Assembly: GCA_964291625.2 (NCBI GenBank)
Contig: OZ220089.1
Span: forward strand, 3,264,001 to 3,328,000
DNA from: Candidatus Latescibacterota bacterium
GTDB lineage: Bacteria > Latescibacterota > UBA2968 > UBA8231
Reading direction: 5' to 3'
Length of the DNA: 64,000 nt
Part shown: positions 46,884 through 56,890 of the stretch, in pieces
Layout of the letters: every line of letters starts with the position of its first letter
Numbering within the stretch: the first letter of the stretch is position 1
The notes under the pieces: model-generated
What the model was told of the DNA's origin: nothing
Database searches by the model: none
Seen by the model: the letters and a program-made list of their open reading frames with translations, nothing else
Position numbers and translations under genes: made by a program

Positions 46884-47786
46884 CGCCCACGATCCCGGGA
46901 CCTCCAGTCCGGCCACCTTGATGCTGGCCAGGCGCGACATGCCCAGCCGCAGGCCGCCCGCCGCGAAGAGCGGCGCCAGTCTCTCCTCGCCGGCCCCGAG
47001 AAGCGAGGCGGCGACGCGGTCGACGGCGATGCCGTCGGCGCCGGCCAGCAGCAGCGGCCCTCGGTGTCCGGTCATGTCGAGGAGGGTGTAGTCGACCTCG
47101 GCGAGCAGGGCCAGCTCGACCGGGCCGGGAGCGGATCCGTCGGCGCCGGGGCCCGCCAGCCCCCGGAGGTTGTCGAGGCCGGCCAGGGCTCCCGCCGGAC
47201 GGGCGGCGTTGACGAGGGCGTCGCACTCCAGAAGGCTGATCGGCACCGGGTAGGCGCCGCCTCCTCCGGGCACCTCCGTCTCCTCCAGCTCTTCCTCTCC
47301 CAGATCGAGGATCTCCAGGTCGAGGCCGGCCAGCCCCGGGTCCTCGCGCAGTGCCGCCAGGGCCTGCGGCAGGCCGGCGGCAGGTTCCGCCGGCGCCCCC
47401 GGCACGCCGCCCAACAGCAGGCCGATGCCGGCCTCGGGCGCGATCCGGGCGATCTCCTCCAGCAGGGCGCCGATCACCCGTACGTGGGCGGCCACTCCCC
47501 GGGCGTCCATGGCCCCATGGCCGGGGCGCACCAGGATGCGTTCCGAGGACGGGTCGACGGTCCTGTGGAGGCCGCCGGAGAGGTAGATGGCGCCGCGCAC
47601 GAGGTCGGCCTCGTCGGCCGACGCCGGGGCTCCTTCTCCGGAGGGGGAGGCGGCGCCGACGACGGGGACGTATCCGGGGGTGGCCGCCGAGAGCGCGTCG
47701 GGCCCTCCGGGACCGGGCGGCCAGAGGTGCGGCAGGGCCATCGCGAGGGCCACAGCCAACAGGACCGGGTGGGCCCGGCGCCTCAA
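46848..47786 (-). CDS. Degenerate DUF362-like protein with N-terminal signal or anchor
   Basis: RILVRPG, YPVPISLLECDALVN, LDNLRGL, LLAGADGIAVDRVAASLLG; TTGA overlap with the glcF stop. Confidence 0.55.
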   Translation of the reverse strand: MRRRAHPVLLAVALAMALPHLWPPGPGGPDALSAATPGYVPVVGAASPSGEGAPASADEADLVRGAIYLSGGLHRTVDPSSERILVRPGHGAMDARGVAAHVRVIGALLEEIARIAPEAGIGLLLGGVPGAPAEPAAGLPQALAALREDPGLAGLDLEILDLGEEELEETEVPGGGGAYPVPISLLECDALVNAARPAGALAGLDNLRGLAGPGADGSAPGPVELALLAEVDYTLLDMTGHRGPLLLAGADGIAVDRVAASLLGAGEERLAPLFAAGGLRLGMSRLASIKVAGLEVPGSWAPPPDTTAAEPR

Positions 47787-49081
47787 GCGGGGTCCGCCTC
47801 CGCCAGCGCCTCGGGGCGGGGGCCTCCCGTGGCCCAGTCGAGGAGCTCGACGGTGTGGACCACCGGGCAGCCGGCGGCCGCCCCGATCTGCTCTAGGCAG
47901 CCGATGTTGCCGGCCGCCACGGCGTCCGGCGCCAGGCCGCGGATGTGATCGGCCTTGCGCTGTTGCAGGGGCCCGGCGAGGTGCGGGCGCAGCAGGTTGT
48001 AGGTGCCGGCGCTGCCGCAGCAGATGTGGCCCTCGGGGATCTCGACCACCTCGAACCCCGCCTCGCCCAGCAGGCGCCTCGGCTGGTCGCGGATCTTCAG
48101 TCCGTGCTGCAGGGAGCAGGCGTCGTGGTAGGCCAGGCGCAGGGGCGGGACCTCGATGGTCTCGCCGAGGCCGAGGTCCGCCACGACTTCGGCGATGTCG
48201 CGGGTCGCCGCGGCCACCCGCTCGCTGGCGCCGGCGCGTTCGGGATCCTCGGCGAAGATGTGCCCGTACTCGCGCACGGCGGTGGCGCACCCGGAGGTGG
48301 TGAGCACCACGCCGTCGACTCCCTCGTCGAGGAGCCGGCTCCAGACGCCGACGTTGTTCGCCATCCACCGCAGGCTCCGCGGCCGTTCCCCCATGTGCCA
48401 GGTGAGGGCGCCGCAGCACCCGGCCTCCCCGGGGATCACCACCTCCACCCCGAGGCGCGTCAGCAGGCGCACGGCGGCGTCGTTGATCGCCGGTCCGAGG
48501 ACCGACTGGGCGCAGCCGGTGAGCAGGGCCGCCCGCAGGCGCGTCGCGCCCTCGGCGGGATGAACGCCCGGCGTCGCCAGTCTCGCCGGCGCCGGCAGCC
48601 GCCGGGGCGCCATGGCCGCCAGATGCCGGAACCGCCGCGGCAGCAGGGCCGCCAGCGGGCGGGTCCAGCGGGCCAGGTGCAGGGCGAGGCGGAAGCGGCC
48701 CGGATGGGGCAGCAGCCGCGTGATCAAGGCGCGCTGCAGGCGGTCGGCCAGCCCGCGCCGGCGCATCTTCTCGAGTCGGGGACGGGCGTCGTCGAGCAGC
48801 CTCGAGTAGAGGACGCCGCTCGGGCAGGTGGTCTCGCAGGCGAGGCAGCCGAGGCAGTTGTCGATGTGATCGAGAGTCGCCGTCGAGGGTTTCACCCGCC
48901 CCTCGAGGACGCTCTTCATCAGGTAGATCCGGCCCCTCGGTCCCTCCAGCTCGTTGCCGGTGAGCAGGTAGGTGGGACAGGTGGCGTTGCAGAACCCGCA
49001 GTGCACGCAGGTGCGCAGGGCGGTCTCGGCGTCGCGCACCGAGGCCTCGGCCCGGAGATCGTCGGGGATGTCGGTGCGCAC
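47783..49081 (-). CDS. glcF: Glycolate oxidase iron-sulfur subunit
   Basis: CVHCGFCNATCPTY, PRGRIYL, CLGCLACETTCPSGV, CCG domains, CCGSAGTYN, NIGC. Confidence 0.92.
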   Translation of the reverse strand: MRTDIPDDLRAEASVRDAETALRTCVHCGFCNATCPTYLLTGNELEGPRGRIYLMKSVLEGRVKPSTATLDHIDNCLGCLACETTCPSGVLYSRLLDDARPRLEKMRRRGLADRLQRALITRLLPHPGRFRLALHLARWTRPLAALLPRRFRHLAAMAPRRLPAPARLATPGVHPAEGATRLRAALLTGCAQSVLGPAINDAAVRLLTRLGVEVVIPGEAGCCGALTWHMGERPRSLRWMANNVGVWSRLLDEGVDGVVLTTSGCATAVREYGHIFAEDPERAGASERVAAATRDIAEVVADLGLGETIEVPPLRLAYHDACSLQHGLKIRDQPRRLLGEAGFEVVEIPEGHICCGSAGTYNLLRPHLAGPLQQRKADHIRGLAPDAVAAGNIGCLEQIGAAAGCPVVHTVELLDWATGGPRPEALAEADPA

Positions 49082-49172
49082 GGTGGGCCGTAGGGTTCGG
49101 AGGGTGGGGAGGTTTGAGCGGGCCGGTGTTGTTGTGGAAGTTACGGGCGCCCTGATACACCGGCAAAGAGAG

Positions 49173-50288
49173 ATGATGAGGATCGTCGACGGCGTCCCAC
49201 TCGCCCCGTACACCAGCCTCGGCCTCGGCGGCGAGGCCCGCCACTTCGCCCACTGTACCTCCGAGGAGGAGGTCCGCGAGGCCCTGCGGTGGGGCCGGTC
49301 CCGTGGCCTGCCCGTGCACGTCCTGGGCGGCGGCAGCAACACCCTCTTCGACGACGCCGGGTACGACGGCCTCGTGCTGCACGTGGGGCTCCTCGGCGTG
49401 CGCATCGAGGAGAGCGGGGGCGTCGCCGCCGTCTCCGCCGCCGCGGGCGAGGACTGGGACGCCCTCGTGCGCCGCTGCATCGAGGTGAACCTGTCCGGCA
49501 TCGAGTGCCTCTCCGGCATCCCCGGCCAGGTGGGGGCCACGCCGATGCAGAACGTGGGCGCCTACGGCCAGGAGGTCAGCGACACCATCGTCGAGGTGCG
49601 GGCCATCGAGCGCGATTCCGGGGAGGGCCGGACCTTCGCCAACGGCGAGTGCGGCTTCGGCTACCGGACCAGCCGGTTCAAGGCCGAGGACCGCGACCGC
49701 TGCATCATCACCGGGGTCACCTACCGGTTGCCGAAGAGCCGCCGTCCCGAGATCCGCTATCCCGAGCTGCAACGCCGGCTGGAGGCGGACGGCGTCGACC
49801 TGGAGAGCCTGGCGGCGGGAGGGCCGGCGTCTGCGGCCGTGCGCGACGCCGTCCTGGACCTGCGCCGCGGCAAGGCGATGCTTCTGGACAGCGGGCCGGA
49901 CTCGCGCTCGGCGGGGTCCTTCTTCCTGAACCCCGTGCTCACGGGGGACCAGCTGGCCGATGTGCGGGAGCGCTGGCGGGAGCGGGGCGGGTCCGCCGCC
50001 GAGATCCCGGTGTATCCCGCCGGAGGCGGACGCAACAAGGTGGCCGCCGCCTGGCTGGTGGAGCGCGCCGGCTTCGCAAAGGGGACCCTCCGCGGCGGCG
50101 CCGCCATCTCGGAGCGCCACGCCCTGGCCCTGGTCAACCGGGGCGGCGGCAGCGCCGACCTGCTCGCCCTGGCCGGCGAGGTCGCCGCCGGCGTGCGCGA
50201 GACCTTCGGCGTGTCCCTCGAGCCCGAGCCGGTCTACGTGCCCCCGGATGGAGGCGCTGGCGGCGGGTCCGCAGAGGAGAGCGGCTGA
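49173..50288 (+). CDS. murB: UDP-N-acetylenolpyruvoylglucosamine reductase
   Basis: LGGGSN, LSGIPGQVGA.PMQNVGAYG, FGYRTSRFK, SAGSFFLNP, HALALVN, LEPEP. Confidence 0.95.
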   Translation: MMRIVDGVPLAPYTSLGLGGEARHFAHCTSEEEVREALRWGRSRGLPVHVLGGGSNTLFDDAGYDGLVLHVGLLGVRIEESGGVAAVSAAAGEDWDALVRRCIEVNLSGIECLSGIPGQVGATPMQNVGAYGQEVSDTIVEVRAIERDSGEGRTFANGECGFGYRTSRFKAEDRDRCIITGVTYRLPKSRRPEIRYPELQRRLEADGVDLESLAAGGPASAAVRDAVLDLRRGKAMLLDSGPDSRSAGSFFLNPVLTGDQLADVRERWRERGGSAAEIPVYPAGGGRNKVAAAWLVERAGFAKGTLRGGAAISERHALALVNRGGGSADLLALAGEVAAGVRETFGVSLEPEPVYVPPDGGAGGGSAEESG

Positions 50289-51004
50289 TGTCGACGATCC
50301 TGGTGATGCAGCACCACCCCGTGGAGGACCTCGGCACCATCGAGCCGGCCCTGAACGAGCGCGGGTTGAAGACCGAGTACGTGCACTCGTACGCCGGGCA
50401 GCCGGTGCCCCGGGACATGGAAGGCTTCCGGGGCCTGGTGATCATGGGCGGGCCCATGGGGGTCTACGAGGGCGACCGCTACCCGTGGCTCAACGACGAG
50501 ATGCGCCTGGCCGAGCGGGCCCTGGAGGCCGGGCTCCCGGTCCTCGGCGTCTGCCTGGGCAGCCAGCTCCTGGCCGCCGTCCTCGGGTCCCGGGTGCGCA
50601 AGGGCGAGGCCCGCGAGATCGGCTGGCACGAGGTCCGGCTGGGCGAGGCCGCCGCCGAGGACCCCCTGTGGAGGGAGACGGCCGCGGCCGGCGGCCGGTT
50701 CGATGCCTTCCACTGGCACGGCGACATCTTCGACCTGCCCGAGGGCGCCGGGTTCCTGGCCTCCTCGGAGCAGACGGCCTGCCAGGCCTTCGTCTACGGC
50801 GGCAACGCCTACGGCCTGCTCTTTCACATGGAGGTGACGGAGAAGGGCGCCTGCGAGATGATCACCTCCTTCGAGGACGAGGCGCGCGAGGCGGGGCTCG
50901 AACCCGCCCACCTCCTCGAGGAGACGCCGGCCCGGCTCGCCGAGCTCCATCGCGTCGGCGGCCCCGTCTACCGGAACTGGGCCGGACTGGCCGCGGGCAG
51001 GTGA
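50288..51004 (+). CDS. Class I glutamine amidotransferase
   Basis: IMGGPMG, LGVCLGSQLLA, WHGD, LFHME. Confidence 0.88.
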   Translation: MSTILVMQHHPVEDLGTIEPALNERGLKTEYVHSYAGQPVPRDMEGFRGLVIMGGPMGVYEGDRYPWLNDEMRLAERALEAGLPVLGVCLGSQLLAAVLGSRVRKGEAREIGWHEVRLGEAAAEDPLWRETAAAGGRFDAFHWHGDIFDLPEGAGFLASSEQTACQAFVYGGNAYGLLFHMEVTEKGACEMITSFEDEAREAGLEPAHLLEETPARLAELHRVGGPVYRNWAGLAAGR

Positions 51005-51582
51005 GGCGCCCCTTCCGACCGTGGTGGGCGGGGCTGCCCCTGCTCGTCCTCCTCCTACCCGCCGAGGCCGGCCGCAACCTGGCCATCGACGCCCTGACCC
51101 GGGCCACCACCTGGAACGAGCACGAGGGGGACCCGGCCTGGCTCACCGACGGCCTCGTCCCGCCCGAGGCCGGGGCGCGCCCTTTCGTCTGGAAGTCCAA
51201 GGGCATCCTGGTCTTCACCTGGGAGGGGATCAGCGAGATCGAGGGCGTGCGCATCCGCGTCGGTGAGATCGCCAACGACTACCAGGTGCGCACCTTCGTG
51301 GGGGGCCGCCTCGAGGACGAGGGCGCGGCACGCGATCCTCCGGGGACGCAGACCGCCCGGGTGGAGGACTTCTCCCGCGTCGTCGACAGCTGGGTGGAGA
51401 TCGCGTTTCCCGCCGGGGCGCAGGCCGACAACCTGGAGTTGCGCGCCTTGGGGCCGGCTCACTTCTTCGAGGTCGAAATCCTGGCCGCCGCCCCCACCCC
51501 GATCCGCGACCGGAGCTGGGGGGTGGTGAAGCTGGAAGCCTCGGCCGCCGCCAACCATCCGCCACAGAGGAGTCAACCATGA
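51001..51582 (+). CDS. Secreted hypothetical protein (discoidin-like) with SWGxxK tail
   Basis: Signal peptide, WLTDG, FFEVEI, TPIRDRSWGVVK; overlaps both neighbouring genes by 4 nt. Confidence 0.65.
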   Translation: MRRPFRPWWAGLPLLVLLLPAEAGRNLAIDALTRATTWNEHEGDPAWLTDGLVPPEAGARPFVWKSKGILVFTWEGISEIEGVRIRVGEIANDYQVRTFVGGRLEDEGAARDPPGTQTARVEDFSRVVDSWVEIAFPAGAQADNLELRALGPAHFFEVEILAAAPTPIRDRSWGVVKLEASAAANHPPQRSQP

Positions 51583-52511
51583 TCGACAGAAAGGTCCTGG
51601 GCGCCTACGCCGCCATCGGCGCCCTGTCCCCCGATGAGCAGGTCGGCTGGTACCGGCGCGCGGCCTCCGACTGGAACCTGGGCTGCTTCGAGATCCCGCT
51701 GCTGGCCGGGGTGCCGCTGAGCGAGCCCGTGCAGCAGGTCTTCTCCGAGGTGTCGGCGTCGCTGGTGGTGACCCTGGTCGCCCAGTGGGCCGTCAAGGGC
51801 CAGTCCAACGTCGCCTACGGCCTCGGCTCGACCGAGGAGCGGGGCCGGCGCGAGGCCGTCCTCGACGCGCAGTCGGTGATCCAGCAGTGCCTGCGCCTGC
51901 AGCGGGAGGGCATCGGCATCGCCGCCCTGGAGGTCCACGTGGGGCAGCGGACCGGGGGACCCGTGGCTCATTCCGTGTCCCTCTACCGGAGCCTGCTGGA
52001 GCTGCGCGGCGCCCTCGCCACGGTCCTGCCCGACTGCCGCCTCGCCGTGGAGATCACCGACAGCCTGGCCGCCGATCACGCCATCCCCTTCCCGAGTGCC
52101 AAGAAGGCCTCCCTGAACACGGCCGAGCTCCTCGACGCGGTGGGCGCGGCCAACGCCCCGGGGGGTCCTCCGGTATCGGCGGTGATCAACTGGGGCCGAC
52201 TGCTGATCAACGGCGACCGGCCCCTGGACGTGGTGGAGGAGGTCCTGGCCTCGCCCGTGCCCCTGGCCGGGGTGATCCTGTCCGGGGCGGCGGCCACACC
52301 CGACGGCTTCGCCGACGGCCACAACTCGCACCTCGACCCGGAGAGCGGCTTCACCCTGGCCGACGGCGAGGCCTGCGCCGAGCGGCTGGGGCGCGCGTCC
52401 GAGTCCGCCTTCCTGGGGATGAAGTGCAGCGCCAAGACGGGGGCGGGAGTGCGGGGTTTCGATGCGGCCGAGGTGCTGCAGGCCGAGGCGGACTTCCTCA
52501 ACCGAGTGTAG
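51579..52511 (+). CDS. DUF4862-like TIM-barrel protein
   Basis: LGAYAA, YGLGS..E.GR, INWGR, ILSGA, DGH, LGMK. Confidence 0.65.
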   Translation: MIDRKVLGAYAAIGALSPDEQVGWYRRAASDWNLGCFEIPLLAGVPLSEPVQQVFSEVSASLVVTLVAQWAVKGQSNVAYGLGSTEERGRREAVLDAQSVIQQCLRLQREGIGIAALEVHVGQRTGGPVAHSVSLYRSLLELRGALATVLPDCRLAVEITDSLAADHAIPFPSAKKASLNTAELLDAVGAANAPGGPPVSAVINWGRLLINGDRPLDVVEEVLASPVPLAGVILSGAAATPDGFADGHNSHLDPESGFTLADGEACAERLGRASESAFLGMKCSAKTGAGVRGFDAAEVLQAEADFLNRV

Positions 52512-52518
52512 GCGCCCC

Positions 52519-53361
52519 GTGAAGATGGGCTACACCACCTGGGGCATGCCGCGGGTGCCCATCGACGATGCCTTGCGGCACCTGGCGGGGCTCGGCTTCG
52601 ACTGCGTCGAGATCGCCGTCATCCGCGGCTTCACCACCGAGCTGGACACCCTCGACGCCGCCGAGCGCCGGCGCATCCGGCGCCTCCTCGACGACCACGG
52701 CCTGGAGCTGACCGCCGTCGGCGGCCACGCTTCCCTGCTGAGCCGGGAGGCGGACGCCCACGCCGAGAGCTGGCGCCGCCTGACGGGGGCGGTGGACCTG
52801 TGCGTCGACTGGGCCGGCCCCCAGGGCCCCCCGGTGCTGGACAGCGTCCTCGGCAGCACGCCGGAGACCTGGAACGGCGGCGAGGGGTTCGTCCTCGAGC
52901 GGCTGGGGGAGATCGTCGGCTACTGCGCCTCCCGGGGGGTGGTCCTGGCCCTGGAGCCGCACATCGGCGACGGGCTGTGCGAGCAGCCGGAGAAGATCGT
53001 CGAGCTGCTGCGGCAGGTGGACTCGCCGTACCTGCGGCTCAACTTCGACATCAGCCACTTCGAGGTCAGCGGCATCCCCACGGGACGCAGCGTGGAGCTG
53101 CTGGCGCCGTGGGCGGCGCACACCCACGTGAAGGACCAGCGGGGGCGGGTGCCCGACTTCGAGTTCCTGATCCCGGGGGAGGGGCCCTTCGACTACGGCG
53201 ACTACCTGCGCAGGATGGACGCGGCCGGCTACACGGGCTGCGTAACCGCGGAGGTGAGCATGGCCGTGCACCGCCGGCCGGGGTACGATCCCATGGAAGC
53301 CGCGGCGCTCTGCCACCGGACCCTGCAGCGGGCCTTCCGGGAGACGGGACTGCACGGCTGA
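52519..53361 (+). CDS. Sugar phosphate isomerase/epimerase (TIM barrel)
   Basis: GFDCVE, LALEPH, NFDISH, THVKD, GYTGCVTAE. Confidence 0.88.
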   Translation: MKMGYTTWGMPRVPIDDALRHLAGLGFDCVEIAVIRGFTTELDTLDAAERRRIRRLLDDHGLELTAVGGHASLLSREADAHAESWRRLTGAVDLCVDWAGPQGPPVLDSVLGSTPETWNGGEGFVLERLGEIVGYCASRGVVLALEPHIGDGLCEQPEKIVELLRQVDSPYLRLNFDISHFEVSGIPTGRSVELLAPWAAHTHVKDQRGRVPDFEFLIPGEGPFDYGDYLRRMDAAGYTGCVTAEVSMAVHRRPGYDPMEAAALCHRTLQRAFRETGLHG

Positions 53362-53416
53362 ACGGGCAGGCATCCCTGCCTCACCGGCCGGCGCACCCGG
53401 CGCTCCTGCGTCTTGG

Positions 53417-54271
53417 TTACCTCGCCGAGGCCGGACGCTGGAAGACCGGCTTCGCGGGGGTCGACTCCGACTCGCTGAAGCGGTAGCCGCCGCCGTCGAA
53501 CCCGGGCAGCTCCCCCGGGTCCCGCACGTCGTTGTCGACCAGCCACCGGGCCATCAGGCCGCGGGCGTGCTTGGCGAACATGCCCAGCACCTTGAACGTC
53601 CCCTTCGACTCGTCCTGGAAGGCCGGGTGCACCACCGGGCACGGCAGCTCCTTCTCGCGCACCGACCGGTAGTACTCCTGGCTGGCCAGGTTGCAGATCC
53701 AGGCGGGGTTCTCCTCGGCCAGCCCCTCGGTGATGGCGCCGCCCCAGAACTGGTAGAGGTCCTTGCCGCGGGGGGTCTGCAGCTTCGTCCCCATCTCCAG
53801 CCGGTAGGGGAGCATGAGATCCAGGGGTCTGAGGAAGCCGTACAGGCCCGACAGGATGCGGATGCGCCGCTCGGCGCGGTCGATCCCCCGGCCCTTCAGG
53901 GAAGGGGCGTCGAAGCCCTGGTAGACGTCGCCGGTGAAGGCCCACAGGGCCTGCTTGCCCGGCGGCGGCGAGGCCGCCCGGCCCGCCTGGCCCGCCTGCT
54001 TCGCCTGCCGGCGGAGGACGGCTGGATCGAAGCTCTGGTAGCGCCGGAAGTTGAGCTCGGCGAGTCGCTCGCTCAGGCCCATCAGGCCGGCGAGCTCGAC
54101 GGCGGACTTCTCCTTGAGCAGTCCGGCCAGCTCCCCGGTCTGGGCGCCGAGGAACGGGGGAACTCCGGCCCGGGCCGTGGGCGCCGGCGTCTCGAAGTCG
54201 AGGGACTTGGCCGGGGACAGCAGGATCAGGGGCGGCTTGCCGGCTTTCCTGGAGGACTTGGTGTCAGCCAT
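53417..54271 (-). CDS. yaaA: Peroxide stress protein YaaA (DUF328)
   Basis: LSPAKSLDF, GDVYQG, LSGLYG.LRPLD, PYRLEMGT, NLASQEY, AKHARG. Confidence 0.93.
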   Translation of the reverse strand: MADTKSSRKAGKPPLILLSPAKSLDFETPAPTARAGVPPFLGAQTGELAGLLKEKSAVELAGLMGLSERLAELNFRRYQSFDPAVLRRQAKQAGQAGRAASPPPGKQALWAFTGDVYQGFDAPSLKGRGIDRAERRIRILSGLYGFLRPLDLMLPYRLEMGTKLQTPRGKDLYQFWGGAITEGLAEENPAWICNLASQEYYRSVREKELPCPVVHPAFQDESKGTFKVLGMFAKHARGLMARWLVDNDVRDPGELPGFDGGGYRFSESESTPAKPVFQRPASAR

Positions 54272-54438
54272 GCTCTGGTTCTCCGGATGGAGGGTCGGCG
54301 CCCCTGGGGGCGTCGGGATCGCCGCGGGCCGGCCGAGTCGGGCGTACCACCTCGGCCTGCACGGCGCCTGCGAATTTCAGCGCCGGCACCGGGCCTCGCA
54401 AATGGCTCTCGCAGCCGTCCGGGGCCTCGGCGGAAGGT

Positions 54439-54972
54439 TCAGGCCCCGCCTTGGAGGAAGCCGACGTAGCGCAGGCCGCGGTAGCGCTGATCGAGGTCCA
54501 TCCCGTAGCCGACGACGAACACGTCCTCCACCTCGAACCCCCGGTAGTCGATCGGCACCGGGACCCGGCGCCGGCCCGGCTTGTCCAGCAAGGTGCAGAC
54601 GCGGACCCCGGAGGGGCCCTGCCGCCGCAGGTGATCGAGGACGGCGCGCATGGTCTCGCCCGTGTCGACGATGCCGTCGACGACGAGCACGGCCCGTCCC
54701 GCGACGTCGACCACGAGGTCGCCGGCCAGGTGGACGCGGCCCGTGGAGCGGGCCCCCACGTAGGACGCGGCGTCGAGGAAGTCGAAGACCAGGTCGGGGC
54801 GCCAGGAGGCCGGCAGGAGCCGGAGGAGATCCATCATGAAGGGGACGGCGCCGTTGCGGATGCCCACGATCACCGGCGGCTCGTCGTGGTCGGCGGCGAT
54901 CTCCGCGGCCAGCGCCGCGACCCTGCCCTCGATGGCGGCCTCGTCGAAGAGGACGCGGACGGGGGCGGACAT
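54439..54972 (-). CDS. hpt: Hypoxanthine phosphoribosyltransferase
   Basis: VLVVDGIVDTGET PRPP motif, LLDKP, FVVGYGMD...YR. Confidence 0.9.
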   Translation of the reverse strand: MSAPVRVLFDEAAIEGRVAALAAEIAADHDEPPVIVGIRNGAVPFMMDLLRLLPASWRPDLVFDFLDAASYVGARSTGRVHLAGDLVVDVAGRAVLVVDGIVDTGETMRAVLDHLRRQGPSGVRVCTLLDKPGRRRVPVPIDYRGFEVEDVFVVGYGMDLDQRYRGLRYVGFLQGGA

Positions 54973-55307
54973 CAGGCTCCCCCGGCCTGCTCGAGGGCCT
55001 GCAGCAGGAGGGCCCGGTCCTCCTCCAGGTCGGGGGGCAGGTGCCGCTCGATGACGAAGACGCCGTCGGAGGACTGCTCCAGGTAGCGGCAGATCGTCTG
55101 CACGTGGAAGTCGCCTCGGACGGAGCGCAGGCCGGAGGCCGAGACCCGGCGGCGGATGTCGCTGCGCAGGTGGTATTCCAGGAGCACGGGGAACCGCTCG
55201 ACCAGCTCGTGCACCGCGAACAGGACGCGGACCGCCTCCAGGAAGGGGATGGCGCCGGCCGACTCCGGCGACCACTCGTTTTTCTTGACCACCCAGTTGG
55301 GATCCAT
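54972..55307 (-). CDS. Hypothetical protein (111 aa)
   Basis: MDPNWVVKKNEW...; host-like codon usage; stop overlaps the hpt start. Confidence 0.65.
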   Translation of the reverse strand: MDPNWVVKKNEWSPESAGAIPFLEAVRVLFAVHELVERFPVLLEYHLRSDIRRRVSASGLRSVRGDFHVQTICRYLEQSSDGVFVIERHLPPDLEEDRALLLQALEQAGGA

Positions 55308-55468
55308 GGCCGCGGAAATGTAGCGAGAGGGGCTGTCGAGGCGAGCGACAGCCCCTCTCGCAGGGGAGGGCCGGGGAGGCTGGGGAGTGGGGAGGGGAAA
55401 CGGGGAGGCGGCCCCCACGGGGTGGGGTTCCCGGAAAGCTCTGCAGGGGGCCGCTCCCGGGGAGTGCG

Positions 55469-56572
55469 TCAGGCAGCTGCCTTCTGTCTCTTGGCCGGCG
55501 CCGCCGCTTCCTCGCCGCCGTCGCCGCCGGGCTCGGGGTCCGTCCCGGGCAGCGGGATCTCCAGCAGGTGGCGCACCTCGTCCTCGATCTGTCCGGCGAG
55601 CTGGGGATTCTCGCGCAGGAAGAGGCGGGCGTTCTCCTTGCCCTGACCGAGGCGCTCGCCGCCGTAGGAGAACCAGGTGCCGCTCTTGTCGACGACCCGG
55701 TGCTCGACGCCCAGGTCGATCAGGTCGCCCTCGCGGGAGATACCCACGTCGTCGCCGCGGAACATGATGTCGAACTCGGCCTCGCGGAAGGGCGGCGCCA
55801 CCTTGTTCTTGACCACCTTGATGCGCGTGCGCCGTCCGATGACCTCCTCGCCGTCCTTGATGGTGCCGATGCCGCGGATGTCGAGACGGACGGAGGCGTA
55901 GAAGCACAGGGCCCGGCCGCCCGTGGTCGTCTCGGGGTTGCCGAACATGACGCCGATCTTCATGCGCAGCTGGTTGATGAAGATGACGGTGGTGCGCGAC
56001 TTCTGGATCGATCCGGTGAGCTTGCGCAGGGCCTGGGACATGAGCCGGGCCTGCAGGCCCATCTGCGAGTCGCCCATCTCCCCCTCGAGCTCGGCGCGCG
56101 GCACGAGGGCGGCCACCGAGTCGACGACGATCACGTCGATGGCGCCGGAGCGCACCAGCGTGTCGGTGATCTCCAGCGCCTCCTCGCCGCAGTCGGGCTG
56201 GGAGACCAGCAGGTTCTCGACGTCGATGCCGAGGCGGCGGGCGAAACCGACGTCGAGGGAGTGCTCGGCGTCGATGAAGGCGGCCGTGCCCCCGCGCTGC
56301 TGGGCCTGGGCGACCGCGGTGAGGGCGCACATCGTCTTGCCCGCCGACTCGGGGCCGAACATCTCGATGACCCGGCCCCGCGGCAGACCGCCGATGCCGA
56401 GAGCGGCATCGAGCGAGAGACACCCCGTAGGGATGACGTCGACGTCGACAACCTGGGACTCACCCAGGCGCATGATGGCGCCCTTGCCGTACTGCTTTTG
56501 CACCTGGGCGAGGGCCTGATCCATGGCCTTCTGCTTGTCCTTCGGTGCGTCGCCGGTGTTTTTGGAGACCAT
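55469..56572 (-). CDS. recA: Recombinase RecA
   Basis: [55 protein letters not shown]. Confidence 0.98.
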   Translation of the reverse strand: MVSKNTGDAPKDKQKAMDQALAQVQKQYGKGAIMRLGESQVVDVDVIPTGCLSLDAALGIGGLPRGRVIEMFGPESAGKTMCALTAVAQAQQRGGTAAFIDAEHSLDVGFARRLGIDVENLLVSQPDCGEEALEITDTLVRSGAIDVIVVDSVAALVPRAELEGEMGDSQMGLQARLMSQALRKLTGSIQKSRTTVIFINQLRMKIGVMFGNPETTTGGRALCFYASVRLDIRGIGTIKDGEEVIGRRTRIKVVKNKVAPPFREAEFDIMFRGDDVGISREGDLIDLGVEHRVVDKSGTWFSYGGERLGQGKENARLFLRENPQLAGQIEDEVRHLLEIPLPGTDPEPGGDGGEEAAAPAKRQKAAA

Positions 56573-56639
56573 CGCTTGACTCCTCTTGAAGGGGTGGGGC
56601 CGCGAGCCACGGGCCGCTTTTGGAGTGGGCACCTTGTCG

Positions 56640-56678
56640 ATGCACAAAAGAATAGTGCAGATTTGTGCATATTGTCAA
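56640..56678 (-). promoter_or_regulatory. recA promoter with overlapping palindromic TGCAC motifs
   Basis: TTGACA-18 nt-TATTCT; ATGCACAAA...TTTGTGCAT inverted repeat. Confidence 0.65.
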
Positions 56679-56890
56679 GGGATTTCACGACTAGGGGACG
56701 AATCAAGGAACGTGCCATCTCCGCGAGCTGCCGACCCCTCGCGCAACTCCCAGGAATATCAAAGGGTTGTGATCCGGCGGGGATGCGGTCCGCCAGGAGG
56801 GGCCGTGTGCAGCGGGGGACATCGGCGTGAACCGGGGTTCACGCAGGGGGATGAGCGGTGTCAGCGGCGGCCGGGGAGGCCGCCCGGCGA

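Noticed and set aside
56742-56772. Imperfect AT-centred palindrome CAACTCC...GGGTTG upstream of recA
   Set aside because: Single weak copy in the window with no supportable function.
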